Of a DNA stretch of 64,000 nt, positions 1 through 13,035 are shown in pieces (position 1 is the first letter of the stretch; each line of letters opens with the position of its first letter). A model generated the notes under the pieces. The model was given only the letters and a program-made list of their open reading frames with translations, searched no databases and was not told where the DNA came from. Source of the stretch: Octopus bimaculoides (taxonomy: Eukaryota); NCBI RefSeq assembly GCF_001194135.2, contig NC_069000.1:10695583-10759582 (forward strand). The letters run 5' to 3'. A program made the translations under genes and the position numbers.

Positions 1-214
1 ACAGCTGTGATACTAGCAATTGTAATTTAATAATGTTATTAATAGCAATAACAGTAAGAAGAATGGTAATAATGTTCCTCATAATTTTAATTTTAAAGAT
101 AGCTGTATTTATGATAATGATAATAGAAATATCGATAATCATAATATGAATAATAGCATTTGAGTTGTTCATAGTAATACCAATAATATGAATGTGAATA
201 AGAATAATAATTCT

Positions 215-420
215 TCCTACTATAGACACAAAATTTGAAATTTTAGGGTAGGGACGAGTTGATTACATCTACCCAAGTGCCCAAGTACTTGACTGGTACT
301 TATTTCATTGACCCTGAATGGGATGACAGGCAAAGTCAGTCTCAGCAGAGTTTGAACTCAAAAGTAGACAGATGAAATGCCTCTAAGCATTTCCTCCATC
401 TATGTTCTGCTGAGATTATC
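215..420 (-). mobile_element. SINE family C (tRNA-like head, Meta-domain-like core), degraded copy
   Basis: Matches the family recurring about 20 times in the window (...ggtacttatttcattgaccctgaa...ggcaaagtc...tttgaactca...). On the minus strand the head carries A-box/B-box-like motifs (TGGCAGAAT / GAGTTCAAATTC). Confidence 0.7.
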
Positions 421-567
421 AATGCTAATAGTAGTTTAATGTGTGATATGAATAAATGCAACTTCAGAGCACTGAATTGTTGTCCCTTAAATAGTAACTG
501 CCTGATATTATAATCTTTATAGAGACACAGTATATATAGCAGGCATCACAATTTAGCAGAAATATAT

Positions 568-723
568 AGGCGCTGTGGGGTAAGAAGCTTGCTTCCCAAC
601 CATATGGTTCTAGGTTCAGTACCACTGTGTGACACCTTGGGCAAGTGTCTTCTACTATAGCCTCGGGCTGACCAAAGCCTTGTGAGTGGATTTGGCAGAT
701 GGAAACTAAAAGAAGCCTGTTGT
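568..723 (+). mobile_element. SINE family A (tRNA-derived head), runs into (TA)n/(TG)n and a gap
   Basis: ggcgctgtggggtaagaagcttgcttcccaaccatatggttctaggttcagt...gaaactaaaagaagcc; near-identical text recurs at 14030, 19111, 20750, 32222. Confidence 0.85.
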
Positions 724-1886
724 ATATATATATATATATATATATACATATATATATACATGTGTGTGTGTGTGTGTGTGTGTNNNNNNNNNNNNNNNNN
801 NNNNNNNNNNNNNNNNNNNNNNNNNNNNNNNNNNNNNNNNNNNNNNNNNNNNNNNNNNNNNNNNNNNNNNNNNNNNNNNNNNNNNNNNNNNNNNNNNNNN
901 NNNNNNNNNNNNNNNNNNNNNNNNNNNNNNNNNNNNNNNNNNNNNNNNNNNNNNNNNNNNNNNNNNNNNNNNNNNNNNNNNNNNNNNNNNNNTATATATA
1001 TATATATATATATATATATTCCCGAGCGTCATACTAATATATACTTTTGTTATTTACACCACCTGTCCTCGTCTGTTGTTATTTTTTGTATATTCTCCCA
1101 TATATATATATATATATATTTAGTCTTACTATATGGTTTTTCCTTCTGCCAAATTACAATCACAAGATTTTGACTAGCCTGAAGGTATGACAAAATATAC
1201 TCGTACCTGTTCAAGATGTTGCACAAAGAAATGGCAGCTTGGAACCATATGGTTACAGAGTGAAATTCTTAACCACACAGCTAATCTTTCTACCGATATA
1301 TATTAAGGTTTCCTTATATTTCTTATTGAATTATCACATAATTATTTTCTTATATTATATCATATCATTATTTTCTGATATCTACATTTCTATAGCATCA
1401 CATTATTACACTGTCACTAGAATGTATATTATACTTTTGCAATAATTGGCCTGACAATGGTGAACTTTGATCTCCTGCTTTCTTTTACTTGTCTTCTATG
1501 CCTCAGGGATGTATGTAGGTAGGTATGTAGGTATGTAGGGACGTTAGTAGGTGTTTGGTATATGACTGACTAAGCACTAAAAATCATTAGATCATGAATT
1601 TTCCATTCTGAAATTGAATAAAACCATTAAATAATATTTCGTGAGTTACCTGTTCATTTTTTTTTTGTTCTTTTGTTTTGTTAATATTTGAGCAAAGTTC
1701 AGCTAAGATCAAGTCTGCCATTTATTTTCCCAGACTGAGGCAACAAAGGAAGGGAGCACCTACGTGGTCATTGGTCCACCTGCTAGAAAGAGCAACCAAA
1801 TCCTTTCTAATCACTTTCTATCATCTTGATAAAAACAAAAATAAAATAGAAATTAAAAGAGAGAAAAACAGATTTTTTTCTTGGAT

Positions 1887-2178
1887 GCATCATCATCATC
1901 AATTCCATCATCATCATCGTCATCATCATCATCGTCATCATCATCATCGTCATCATCATCATCGTCATCATCATCATCGTCATCATCATCATCGTCATCA
2001 TCATCATCGTCATCATCATCATCGTCATCATCATCATCGTCATCATCATCATCGTCATCATCATCATCGTCAGCGTCGTCGTCATCATCATCGTCAGCGT
2101 CGTCGTCATCTTCATCATCATCATCGTCAGCATCGTCATCATCATCATCATCATCATTGTCATCATCATCGTCATCAT
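1887..2178. repeat. (CAT)n microsatellite with higher-order 15-nt unit (CAT)4CGT
   Basis: Directly visible; produces the spurious HHHHR, poly-Asp, poly-Ser and MTMMM ORFs. Confidence 0.95.
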
Positions 2179-3044
2179 TATTTTTTCCTTGCTTGCATGG
2201 GTCAGATGGAATTTGTTGAGATAGATTTTCAATGGCCTGATGCCATTCTGTCACTGACCCCGTCGAAGAAAAGAGCAAAAAAAAAAAAAACAGAGTGAAT
2301 AAAGGTTTGCATGTACAGGACTCATAAGGCTGACATGCTTGATAAGGATTGCTTAAGGGCCAAACTACAACAATAAACATAACAATGATGCCATTTCACT
2401 CACAAGGTTGGGATCAATTTGTAGCCATGATAGAAAGTAATATATAATCCAAGGTGCCATGCTATAGGATTGAACTCGGATACAGCTGATTGGAAAGAAA
2501 AACATTTTAGCCACAAATGCATCATACACTCAGTAAGCCTGAACTCAGTTATCAGATTGACTTTTCAGCAGTGGTTGGTTCATTCTATTTTAATGTAGAA
2601 ATCTGACCTTCAATGGTGACCTTCACTCACACCTGAAAAAAAAAAAGGGAAAAATACAAAAATGAGAAGCAAAAATCCAACAAAAACCAAAATACAAAGC
2701 TTGGATGAAGAATCAGGTATTTTTTTATTTTTTTCCTGAATTTACATAAGCTTGCCATTATAGTTTTTGTGTCATTGATGCGAAATATTGGAAGAGATCA
2801 ATTCTTTGATCTGTACGCCATTAACTTCATCATTATTGGTCTCTAGAAACAACTTGGATCACAAATATGCAATTTCACTGACTATAAAATAAAATACAAT
2901 CTTAAATAACAAGAATTAGGAGAAAATAGAAATTTTTTCTGTGTTTTTTTCCCTTTTTTCTTCTTTTAGAGGATTGAAAATATAAAAGCTGGAAATATAA
3001 AAGGAATTTATAATACTTTGTATCACTCTAGATGGATATTACAC

Positions 3045-3472
3045 AGACACACACAGACACACATACACACACATGTACACATACACACGTGCACACACAT
3101 GCACACATATAAACATATATACATACTCACATGTACACATGTACACATATATACATACATACATACGCATGTACATATATAAACAAATATACATGCATAC
3201 ATACTCACATGTACACATATAAACATACATACATACACACACATGTACTCTTATAAACATACATACACACACACACATGTACACATATGAACATATATGC
3301 ATACATACATACATACATACATACATACATACATACATACATACACACATATGTACACATATAAACATATATACATACATACACACATGCACACATGTAC
3401 ACATATAAACATATATACATACATATGTACACACACATATATATACATATACCTGCACATGTGTGTGTGTGT
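3045..3472. repeat. Compound (CA)/(CATA) microsatellite
   Basis: Mixed cata/caca/catg repeats. Confidence 0.9.
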
Positions 3473-3641
3473 ATTGACAATGGAATGGCTGCATGGTTAA
3501 GAAGTTTGTTTCACAGCTGTGTAATTTACAGCTCATTCCTACTTTGTGGCACCATGTACAAGTGTCTGTAGCCTGGTACCAACAAATGCTTCAAGAATGA
3601 AGTCGGCAGAGAGAAACTACACAAAAGTTAGTATATAAGTA

Positions 3642-3675
<34 letters not shown>

Positions 3676-3924
3676 CATATATATGCAGTAGAATAGTATA
3701 GTTTCACAATGGGCAATGGTGAAAACTCCCTTCAGTCATGAATGACCATGGGATTGCACCTAGAAAGTTTCCCTACAAGGCACAAGTCAAGCCAAGGTTA
3801 TTTATGGAAGACCAGCAGTCGCTCAGGCATACCAGCCTTACCTCTCCACGCCACCAGTGTTATCCAAGAGAAAGGCTGATACAGCTTGGCACCATTGATG
3901 TCACAACTCATCTCTACAGCTGAG

Positions 3925-3970
3925 TGCCAAACCGTCCAACCCATGCCAGCATGGAAAGCGGACGTTAAAC

Positions 3971-4025
<55 letters not shown>
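3925..4025 (+). mobile_element. SINE/LINE-tail family D, 3' end with (GAT)n tail
   Basis: aaccgtccaacccatgccagcatggaaagcggacgttaaacgatgatg...; same text at 18560-18620. Confidence 0.8.
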
Positions 4026-4027
<2 letters not shown>

Positions 4028-5687
4028 ATGTTTTCATTATTTTTTTTTTAAGCCTGAAATGTTGAAATATTAGGTAAAAGTACAATCTGTTCATCTGAGA
4101 AATTAAATTTTTATAACAAGTATCTTCTACTATAGCCTCAGGCCAACCAATGACATCAGAGTAAATTTGTAATGGTNNNNNNNNNNNNNNNNNNNNNNNN
4201 NNNNNNNNNNNNNNNNNNNNNNNNNNNNNNNNNNNNNNNNNNNNNNNNNNNNNNNNNNNNNNNNNNNNNNNNNNNNNNNNNNNNNNNNNNNNNNNNNNNN
4301 NNNNNNNNNNNNNNNNNNNNNNNNNNNNNNNNNNNNNNNNNNNNNNNNNNNNNNNNNNNNNNNNNNNNNNNNNNNNNNNNNNNNNNNNNNNNNNNNNNNN
4401 NNNNNNNNNNNNNNNNNNNNNNNNNNNNNNNNNNNNNNNNNNNNNNNNNNNNNNNNNNNNNNNNNNNNNNNNNNNNNNNNNNNNNNNNNNNNNNNNNNNN
4501 NNNNNNNNNNNNNNNNNNNNNNNNNNNNNNNNNNNNNNNNNNNNNNNNNNNNNNNNNNAAATTTTCCATTCGACCAGATTAAATGACTAGATGTTCAAAA
4601 TAAGGAAATCTTTAACTTTTTATTTATGTACTCTAACGTGACATATAACAGGATGTATTAATTTTGTCCATGTTTGACAAATGCAATTCTCATTGCATTA
4701 CAGGGATGTGATGCAGTAAATGAGATTTTGTTTTTTGTTTGTTTCACCTTCAATTCCTTTCTATTCACGAATCTTTCAGTTGTTTTCAGTTTAATTATTT
4801 CACATGTCCCATCACAGAAGGGAGAGGATCTCTGCAGTTTGTCACCTGCTTTATTTCTTCTTCTGATGTGAATTGCACCTTTGTTAAATGTTTTTTTTTT
4901 TTTAAATCGAATGGTTGCTTTTGGCTGTTGATGATTTGTGATTATTCAATTATTTTTCTAAGATTTGACGATTGATGTAAAATTGGAAGGTATCATTTAA
5001 CCGAATGTAAAATGATGTGGTTTCTAGGATCATGAGTGACTGCAAATGGAATATTTTCATTCATGTTTGTATTTTCACCTTCAATGTGAGGGCATCTCCA
5101 TAAGGCAGAGATTGCAATTTCTGTTAGTCTGATTTATTAGATTTTGGAGAAATTTTTTGTTTTCGGAAAAAAGTGTTTGGAAACTCACAAGAGAACTGAA
5201 AAGCAGAAGGTCATCTTCGGAGGAGGAACCCTGCTACAAGCAAATGTTCCAGCCCTTAACTTCTTACACTCTGAGAGGGCTGGGTCACGACTCCTAGCTG
5301 TCCTTCAGTGACAAGTTTTAACTACTTGGATATCAGAAATTTGTGTATTTAAGCCTCTTGGAGATCTTTCATCTAGTTGTGTAACTCTTCTGCATTGATT
5401 CAGCTTTCGAATATAAATTCCAAGAAGAAATAACATTGGTTGCCATGGTAGCAATGAAGCATCAACGCTGTTATTACAATGACTCACTCAGAGTTATTCT
5501 GTTAACATTAAATCAAAAATATTGTTTTCAAATGATATGGAGGTCATTTAGTTCTGCCAGTTGTTCTACTCATCTATTTGCATCTGTAACTATTAAGTAT
5601 ATACTTCTCATCATATTGAATGGGATATTCCTTCAAGTGTGTGAAGAGTGGCAAGTTCTGAAACACGTGTGTGTATGTGAAGGGAAG

Positions 5688-5870
5688 GCGTGTGGCTTAG
5701 TGGTTAGGGTATTTGGCCCATGATCATAAGGTTCTGAGTTCGATTCCATGCAGCGCATTGCAGCCTTGAGCAAGACACTTTATTCCACATTACTCCAGTT
5801 CACTCAGATGGCAAAAAATGAGTTGTACCTGTATTTCAAAGGGCCAGCTTTGTCACACTTTGCCATTAAT
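5688..5870 (+). mobile_element. SINE family E (tRNA-derived head), 5' part
   Basis: A-box tggcttagtgg and B-box gagttcgattcc, then the shared core ccttgagcaagacactttatt...gtacctgtatttcaaagggccagc seen at 18765, 34180, 50581. Confidence 0.8.
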
Positions 5871-5914
5871 TTTGTGAAACCATATAACACACATCTCTCA
5901 TTATTCTTTTCTTT

Positions 5915-6112
5915 TCTACTCTAGGCATAAGGCCTGAAATTTTGGGGCAGCGGGGGCCAGTCGATTAGATCGACCATAGTACACAACTGGTACTTAATTT
6001 ATTGATCCTGAAAGGACGAAAGGCAAAGTTGACCTCGGTGGAATTTGAACTCAGAACGTAAAGAGACAAAATATCACTAAGCATTTCACCCGGCAAAATA
6101 CCGCTAAGCATT
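5915..6112 (-). mobile_element. SINE family C
   Basis: Near full-length match to the other C copies. Confidence 0.85.
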
Positions 6113-6169
6113 CAGAGTCGATAAAATAAGGGACCACTTATGCACTGGAAAAGTTGATGTTAGTTGCCT

Positions 6170-6438
6170 GCCCTTTCTTTGCTGCTCTCATTATTGCCTT
6201 AGGATATATGTTAAAGAGTTGCAGAGAAAGGATGCAGCCCTGGCAGATGCCTTGTTCAACGTCAAACCAGTCTGTTAGGTCATAGATTGTTTGAACAACT
6301 GCACTATGTTACACATACAAGTTTTTGATAAGGTCTACTATATGAGAAGAGAATCTCATTTTGATGATATTGATCCAGAGGACATCATGTGAAACATTAT
6401 CGAAAGCACTTGTATAATCAATGAAACATAAAAAGATG
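6170..6438 (-). mobile_element. RTE-clade LINE reverse transcriptase fragment (one in-frame stop)
   Basis: Manual minus-strand translation IFLCFIDYTSAFDNVSHDVLWINIIKMRFSSHIVDLIKNLYV*HSAVVQTIYDLTDWFDVEQGICQGCILSLQLFNIYPKAIMR matches the RT motifs FID..AFD and G..QG.ILS..LFN in BovB/RTE spacing. Confidence 0.9.
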
Positions 6439-6454
6439 TCATTGTTATATTAAT

Positions 6455-6668
6455 GTGGTGAGCAGGCAGAATCGTTAGCATGCCAAGCAAAATGTTCAGC
6501 AGCATTTCTTCTGTCTTTTTTCCATTCTGAGTTCAAATTCCACTGAGGTCAATTTTGCCTTTCATCCTCTCGGGGTCAACAAAATAAGCACCAGCTAATC
6601 ACTGGGGTTGATGTAACTGAGTACCCCGCCTCCACAATATGGCTGATTTTGGGTTAAAATTTGAAACC
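6455..6668 (+). mobile_element. SINE family C
   Basis: gtggtgagcaggcagaatcgttagca...gagttcaaattccactgaggtc...gcctttcatcctctcggggtcaacaaaataagcaccag; inverted relative to the 5915-6112 copy. Confidence 0.85.
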
Positions 6669-6872
6669 ATTATTATATTCATAATTCTTTTCATTTACCA
6701 TTTTAAGGTTCAGTGTCTGGTTTCTTGTTCCTCTTTTGGGGTTAAAAACCTGCCTGTTCTTCACTAATTTCTTCCTCTGGCTTCATTTCCATATATATAT
6801 NNNNNNNNNNNNNNNNNNNNNNNNNNNNNNNNNNNNNNNNNNNNNNNNNNNNNNNNNNNNNNNNNNNNNNNN

Positions 6873-6902
<30 letters not shown>

Positions 6903-6906
<4 letters not shown>

Positions 6907-7045
6907 GCTTCTTTCAGTTTCCATCTATCAAATCCAATCACAAGGCTTTATAAGAAGACACTTTTCAAAGGTACCATACAGAGAGACTGAACCCAGAACC
7001 ATTTTGTTGGGAAGCAAACTTCTTACCACACAGCCACACCTGCAC
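6903..7045 (-). mobile_element. SINE family A
   Basis: Reverse complement of the family A text. Confidence 0.8.
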
Positions 7046-7332
7046 CCATATGTTTATATATAATTACATGTAATATATACGTATACTTACACATATATAT
7101 ATATGGGTCCATGTCTGTATGTGTGTATATGTGTGCAGGTGTGTATACATATTGATCATTTCATTTCCATTTAGTTTTCCATGCTATGTAAGTATGTGTA
7201 TGCGTATGTGGCCATCACATCATTACGTGTATATGTGCAGGCACCTGCTTACTTTTACGTATGAACGTGCGTTTGTCATCTGTGAAAATATACTCTTCCG
7301 TGCATTCAACTCTGTGTGTATATATGTATATG

Positions 7333-7364
<32 letters not shown>

Positions 7365-7560
7365 TGTGTGTATGTGTGTATGCCTATACACACACATAGA
7401 GGAAGAGGAGACAATAGACAGATAGTTTTAGAGATAAATAAGTTTGCATATTTGCAGGCCTGCATTGCATGTATCTATATATGCGTGTGTATATGATGGC
7501 TAAATGTGCAGATGAATGTATATCTGTGAGTGTACAAATGCAATAATGCATGTGCACATA

Positions 7561-7603
<43 letters not shown>

Positions 7604-7963
7604 NNNNNNNNNNNNNNNNNNNNNNNNNNNNNNNNNNNNNNNNNNNNNNNNNNNNNNNNNNNNNNNNNNNNNNNNNNNNNNNNNNNNNNNNNNNNNNNNN
7701 NNNNNNNNNNNNNNNNNNNNNNNNNNNNNNNNNNNNNNNNNNNNNNNNNNNNNNNNNNNNNNNNNNNNNNNNNNNNNNNNNNNNNNNNNNNNNNNNNNNN
7801 NNNNNNNNNNNNNNNNNNNNNNNNNNNNNNNNNNNNNNNNNNNNNNNNNNNNNNNNNNNNNNNNNNNNNNNNNNNNNNNNNNNNNNNNNNNNNNNNNNNN
7901 NNNNNNNNNNNNNNNNNNNNNNNNNNNNNNNNNNNNNNNNNNNNNNNNNNNNNNNNNNNNNNN

Positions 7964-8000
<37 letters not shown>

Positions 8001-8273
8001 TATTATATATATATAGTGTGTCTGTGTGTGTGTGTGTGTGCATTGGACATACACTTACGTCCACTAGATATTGAAATGAAGTAGATATCCAGTACAAGTG
8101 TTTCAGAGCAACTCGAGTGATATTATAATTTGTCAAACAACAAGATATTATAAAAACTAAACAAACGTTAACTTCCAATACTTTTTCAAGTGGATTTTAT
8201 CATTTACTTATTTTCTTTTCTCTCTTGTTTTTTTTTTATAATTGTTTTTTTTTTAATTTTGTTTTTTTCTCAG

Positions 8274-8338
8274 CTTTCATAATTAAAAAGTCTTTTCGAC
8301 TTAAGTTATTTACACAGAGAATTGGATGAGCAGAATTG
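8274..8338 (+). CDS. Candidate exon (5'UTR plus ATG at 8326, MSRI...), unidentified
   Basis: Very long U-tract ending ...ttttctcag acceptor and a G|gtgagt donor. All frames are closed upstream of the ATG. No homology recognised. Confidence 0.3.
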
Positions 8339-8811
8339 GTGAGTTTTTCCAACGAAAGGTTTTGCAGTACTTGGCAGCATTTCCTTGTTTTGCATTCTGA
8401 CTTCAAATCCTTCTGCAACTAACCTTGGGGTAGATTTGTTTGGCTAAATCCCCCCAAGGCAGTGCTCCAGCATGGCAACAGTCAAATGACTGAAACAAAT
8501 AAAAGAATGAAAGAACATACCAGTTAAACACTCATCATATAAATACCTCTGACGATACATAATCCCACTGGCTATTCTGTCTTGGAAATTACTCATCTGG
8601 ACTCTTTAATAGAAGACAAAGATATGAAATGTATATTTATTTTTTCCTCAATAGTAGCCATTTTAAGAAATAAAGTCTATTAAAATATCGGTTACATGAT
8701 TTATGGCATTTAGTAAAAATAGTGGTTTTTGTTTGGAAGTAAGTAATAAAAAAGAGCAAAAAAACAAAAAATAAAATAAGATAAGTTTGACAGCCACAAA
8801 CAAAATTTTTG

Positions 8812-8846
<35 letters not shown>

Positions 8847-9288
8847 NNNNNNNNNNNNNNNNNNNNNNNNNNNNNNNNNNNNNNNNNNNNNNNNNNNNNN
8901 NNNNNNNNNNNNNNNNNNNNNNNNNNNNNNNNNNNNNNNNNNNNNNNNNNNNNNNNNNNNNNNNNNNNNNNNNNNNNNNNNNNNNNNNNNNNNNNNNNNN
9001 NNNNNNNNNNNNNNNNNNNNNNNNNNNNNNNNNNNNNNNNNNNNNNNNNNNNNNNNNNNNNNNNNNNNNNNNNNNNNNNNNNNNNNNNNNNNNNNNNNNN
9101 NNNNNNNNNNNNNNNNNNNNNNNNNNNNNNNNNNNNNNNNNNNNNNNNNNNNNNNNNNNNNNNNNNNNNNNNNNNNNNNNNNNNNNNTATATGAACACAA
9201 TAATTTAATTCAGTCAAAAAAGAAATTAAAACTACAAAATTTCCATTTATATACTTTGAAGACTATGTAATTATATAATGTATATGTG

Positions 9289-9331
<43 letters not shown>

Positions 9332-10244
9332 CTATCTATCTATCTATCTATCTATCTCTCTATCTCTCTCTATATATATATATAAATATTATGTAATCAT
9401 AATATATATATATATATGTACATAAAAAAATGTGTGCATGTCTGTGTGTGTACATATATGTGTGTTGTGTGTGTGTGTGTGTGTATTTACATATATATGC
9501 ATGTATACGGAGAGTTTATTACACTTACAAAGAAGCTATATTTACTTGATATCATATTAATACTCATTAACAAATACGCACGCACACACACACACACACA
9601 CACACACTCATAGACACATACATATACACACTCACACACAACACACAAACTCTCCTAGTCATGCAAACACAAACACATGCACACACACATACCACACAAC
9701 AGAAAGAAATATGAAAGATATATTTCAAAGAATTTTCGAAATCCATCTTTCTTCTCTATTTTTCAATGAAATATTGGATCGCTGGAATTATAATATATTT
9801 GATATTTTGGTGAATATCGCTAATTTTCAGAAGAATTGCATTCGGCTTTGTGTATTATAATGTGAATATTGTTTGAATAACTATAAAAGCCTAGTTTTAA
9901 TAATGTCTAGGATTCTTTTATTAGTGATTTGGTTTTTCTGTCTGGTTTGGGGTCATACACTTTTTCCGTTTCATTCTATTTAACAGAATTTAATTGATTA
10001 TTTGATTAAAGGAATTGATTGTAATCTGTAAATATATCATGTATATGTGCGTGTGTGTGCATGTGTGTGTGTGTGTGTGGAGAGTGTGTGCGTGTTTGTA
10101 CGTCGTTATCATCATCATCATCAAAACCACCACCATCATCCTCATCATCATCATCATTAACATCATCATCACCACCACCACCACCACCATTAGCTTTGAT
10201 CATCATCATCATCATCATCATCATCACCCCACCATTATCTTTGT

Positions 10245-10328
10245 TGTCAGCCGAAACGTTGTTAACAACAAAGAAGATGAGGACAAATATCCGTCAATTG
10301 TAAATGATGTAAATAATGTAAATAATGT
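10245..10328 (+). mobile_element. 5'-truncated copy of the Penelope-like terminal element at 49747-50023 (3' half of the hammerhead)
   Basis: cagccgaaacgttgttaacaacaaagaagatgaggacaaatatc...gtaaataatgta aligns with 49929-49995. Confidence 0.75.
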
Positions 10329-10578
10329 AGCACTGGTGCTATCGCCATGTAGGAAGCACTGGTTCTAGTGCCACATGAAAATACTGTTGCTGGTGCCACA
10401 TCAAAAGCACAGGTACTGGTGCCGCATGAAAAGCATTGATGCTGGTGCCACATAAAAATCACTAGTGCTAATGCCACATAAAGAGCACCGGTGCTGATGC
10501 CCACATGAAATGCATTGGTGCTGGTGATCACACCACATAAAAAGCACTGGTGCTGGTGCCACATAAAAATCACTGACA
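10329..10578. repeat. Minisatellite, about 10 diverged copies of a ~25-nt unit (aagcactggtgctggtgccacataa)
   Basis: Directly visible tandem units. Confidence 0.9.
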
Positions 10579-10654
10579 TTGATGTTCCAGTTATCGCAAA
10601 ACAAGAGCCATTGCTATTTGAAAATTGAACATATGAAATGGTCGTTGTTAACAG

Positions 10655-10706
10655 CATCAAGCTATAAATTACTTCTCACAATCTGTCAAACGAAATGTCT
10701 AAATTT
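10655..10706 (+). CDS. Candidate internal exon (SSYKLLLTICQTKCLN)
   Basis: gttaacag acceptor and TT|gtaagc donor; phases fit between the 8274-8338 and 17717-17793 candidates. Confidence 0.2.
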
Positions 10707-11638
10707 GTAAGCCATGATCGTATTAAGTAACAATTGCTAAACTATTTTTAAAATAGTTATTGCAATGTGAGAAAGATTGAATTAAAAAAAACATGAGGCT
10801 TATTTGTTTGAATAAATATGTTTCACCAATTGTTGTGCCTCTGACAACATGTAGCTTTGTGGTTATGGGTGCTGCATTCATAATCATAAGATCGTGTTTC
10901 AGTTCTCAAACCGGTCATTGCCTGATGTTCATCATCATCATCATCATCGTCATAATCATTTAACGTCTGTTTTCCCTGCCAGCAGGGAAAACAGACGTTA
11001 GGTGCAGGAGTGGAGTGGCTGTGTGCTACGTAGCTTGCTTACCAACCACATGGTTCTGTTTGGCTTTTGCTTTGTATTTGTACAAATTGACTCCAAACCT
11101 CACCCAGAGACCTCAAGAGACAACAAGTTAGAAGTTCAAGTTGGTGTTATGACTAGGGTGCCATTTGGGTTTTGCTCAAAGCATTGTTCTAGAGAATGTC
11201 TATCAAAACAAGAAAATTAGAAGTTTGTTTTAAAAGTAATTTGATTATAAGATAATAGTGTGATCTTAAGATAACAGTAAAAGGTGTTTGCTATTATGCA
11301 CATTTAAAAGTACTTTTGACAATATTTACAGATTAAAATATTTTGGAGATTACATAGACAATATTTTTGTAGGATATGAACAGTTTCCATGAGCACTATT
11401 TTTTGAATTTCTGCCATTTTTGGATTTCCTGGTATCATAGATGCACATATCATCAGCCACTAAGGGATATGCTCAACTGGTTTAGGTCAAACAACTGACA
11501 AGCAAATCTGTGGTATTAAGCAGAATATTTGCTGTAGCTCATCCAAGACAAAACAATGTACATGATAACACTTCCAATCAATTAAGATCAGAAGCCATGA
11601 GAGCCACTACTCAGTACTGCATCAGGGCATTTTATTAT

Positions 11639-12008
11639 TATTACCTCCGACTTAGTGGAGGCAGAGCTATTGTTTTCAGTCATGTTTGTTTGTTTTTCTG
11701 TGGACAAGATATCTCAAGAATTGCTGGATGGATTCAGAGGAATCACTGGATGGATTTGCAGGAAACTTTCAGGGATGTTTGGCCTCATGACTGGCACGAA
11801 CTGATTAGATTTAGGGATTGATCCAGTACCGGACAAGGATTCTGGATTATTTTTCTTGTTTTTTTTACTTAATTTTTGAGAGCAGTCTAGTTCATTTCTA
11901 GTATTCTCATTTGTGAGAGCAGTCAAGTTTATTTCAGATATTCTCATTTTAAAAATCATCTCTGGCTAATCATTGAGAGGGCATTGGTGTTGCCTCTCTG
12001 AGTACTTT
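11639..12008 (+). mobile_element. DINE-1/HINE-like (Helentron-associated) non-autonomous element
   Basis: Starts tattacctccgacttagtggagg (CCTCC/GGAGG hairpin), then tgttttcagtcatgtttgtttgt...ggacaagatatctc...tggatttgcaggaaacttt...tgattagattt...ggattctgga, and ends ...ctctctgagtactttt. This is the typical layout of the class, recognised from memory. Confidence 0.6.
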
Positions 12009-12277
12009 TGTTATTGTTGTTGTTGTTATTATTATCGTCATTGTTATTATTATTATTATTATTTTGCTTTTGTTTATCTATGTATTTTGCAATGACCAGA
12101 ATTTGAAAAACAGAAACGAAATTAAATTATTATTATTTTTTTTCCAATTCCACTATTTTACTTCAAAACGATATACAAATAAATAAATAAAATGAATAAT
12201 TTCTAGTATTCTTCACCCTATAATAATAATTCAAAAACAAGAGTTTTCATTCTGTAACCAAGATAAAAAGAAAATCA

Positions 12278-13035
12278 CTGTCTGCCCTGAAACAACATGG
12301 TTGCCATGCCTAAAACAAAATGTTTAAAAAATTCACTGGTTCTCTTTCAAAAAAAAAAACTAATATCCTTGAAATATCCTTGAAAGGCTTGAAATTTGGG
12401 GAAGAGGGAACGAGTTAATTACTTCAACCCCAGTTCTCAAATGGTATTTATTTTATCGACTCCAAAAGAATGACAGCAAAGTCAACCTCAGTAGAATTTG
12501 AATTCAGAATGTAAAGATGGGCGAAATGTTGTTAAGCATTTTTGTTTGTCATGCTAATAATTCTGCCAGCTCTCTGACCAACTGAAATCAAATATTAACC
12601 ATGTGAAAGGTTGGGGAACGGTTTGTTTGTATGTTTTTTGTTTGTTTGTTTTTTTTTCTTTTTGCTTTGTGGATTCAGTTTTCTAGTCAGTAGAAGTAAC
12701 TAGAAGGAGAAATATTCTTAAAGTACATATATGTGCATCATCATCATTATCATCATCACAAGACATTAATATTTAGCACTTCTGAGGTGGTGAGCTGGCA
12801 GAATCGTTAGCACGCTAGGCAAAATGTTTAGTGGCTTTTCGTCTGTCTGCCATGAAGCAGCATGGCTGCCATGCCTAAAATGAAATTGTTTTAAAATTCA
12901 TTGGTTCTCCATCAAAAGACTGCAATATCCTTTGTGTTATAGGCTCAGGGTTTGAAATTTGGGGAGAGAGGGCTAATCAATTACTTCAACCCCTGTTCTC
13001 AAATGATATTTATTTTATCAACCCCCCAAAAGGAT
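12278..13035. repeat. Local direct duplication (about 12278-12560 vs 12842-13035) of a unique segment plus a SINE C copy
   Basis: ctgtctgccctgaaacaacatggttgccatgcctaaaa...aaaattcactggttctc...tacttcaaccccagttctcaaatg vs ctgtctgccatgaagcagcatggctgccatgcctaaaa...aaaattcattggttctc...tacttcaacccctgttctcaaatg. Confidence 0.85.

Noticed and set aside
1678-2380. Long poly-His, poly-Asp, poly-Ser and poly-Met ORFs
   Set aside because: All are readings of the (CAT)n/CGT microsatellite, with no splice or homology support.
2530-2885. Exon-like segments on both strands with strong splice signals
   Set aside because: Stops in all frames for the minus-strand and upstream plus-strand options; only short terminal ORFs remain.
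5140-5297. Plus-strand terminal-exon-like frame FWRNFLFSEKSVWKLTRELKSRRSSSEEEPCYKQMFQPLTSYTLRGLGHDS*
   Set aside because: No upstream exon or homology could be linked, and a second frame is equally open.
10329-10578. CRISPR-like array
   Set aside because: Eukaryotic context, contiguous degenerate units, no unique spacers and no cas genes.
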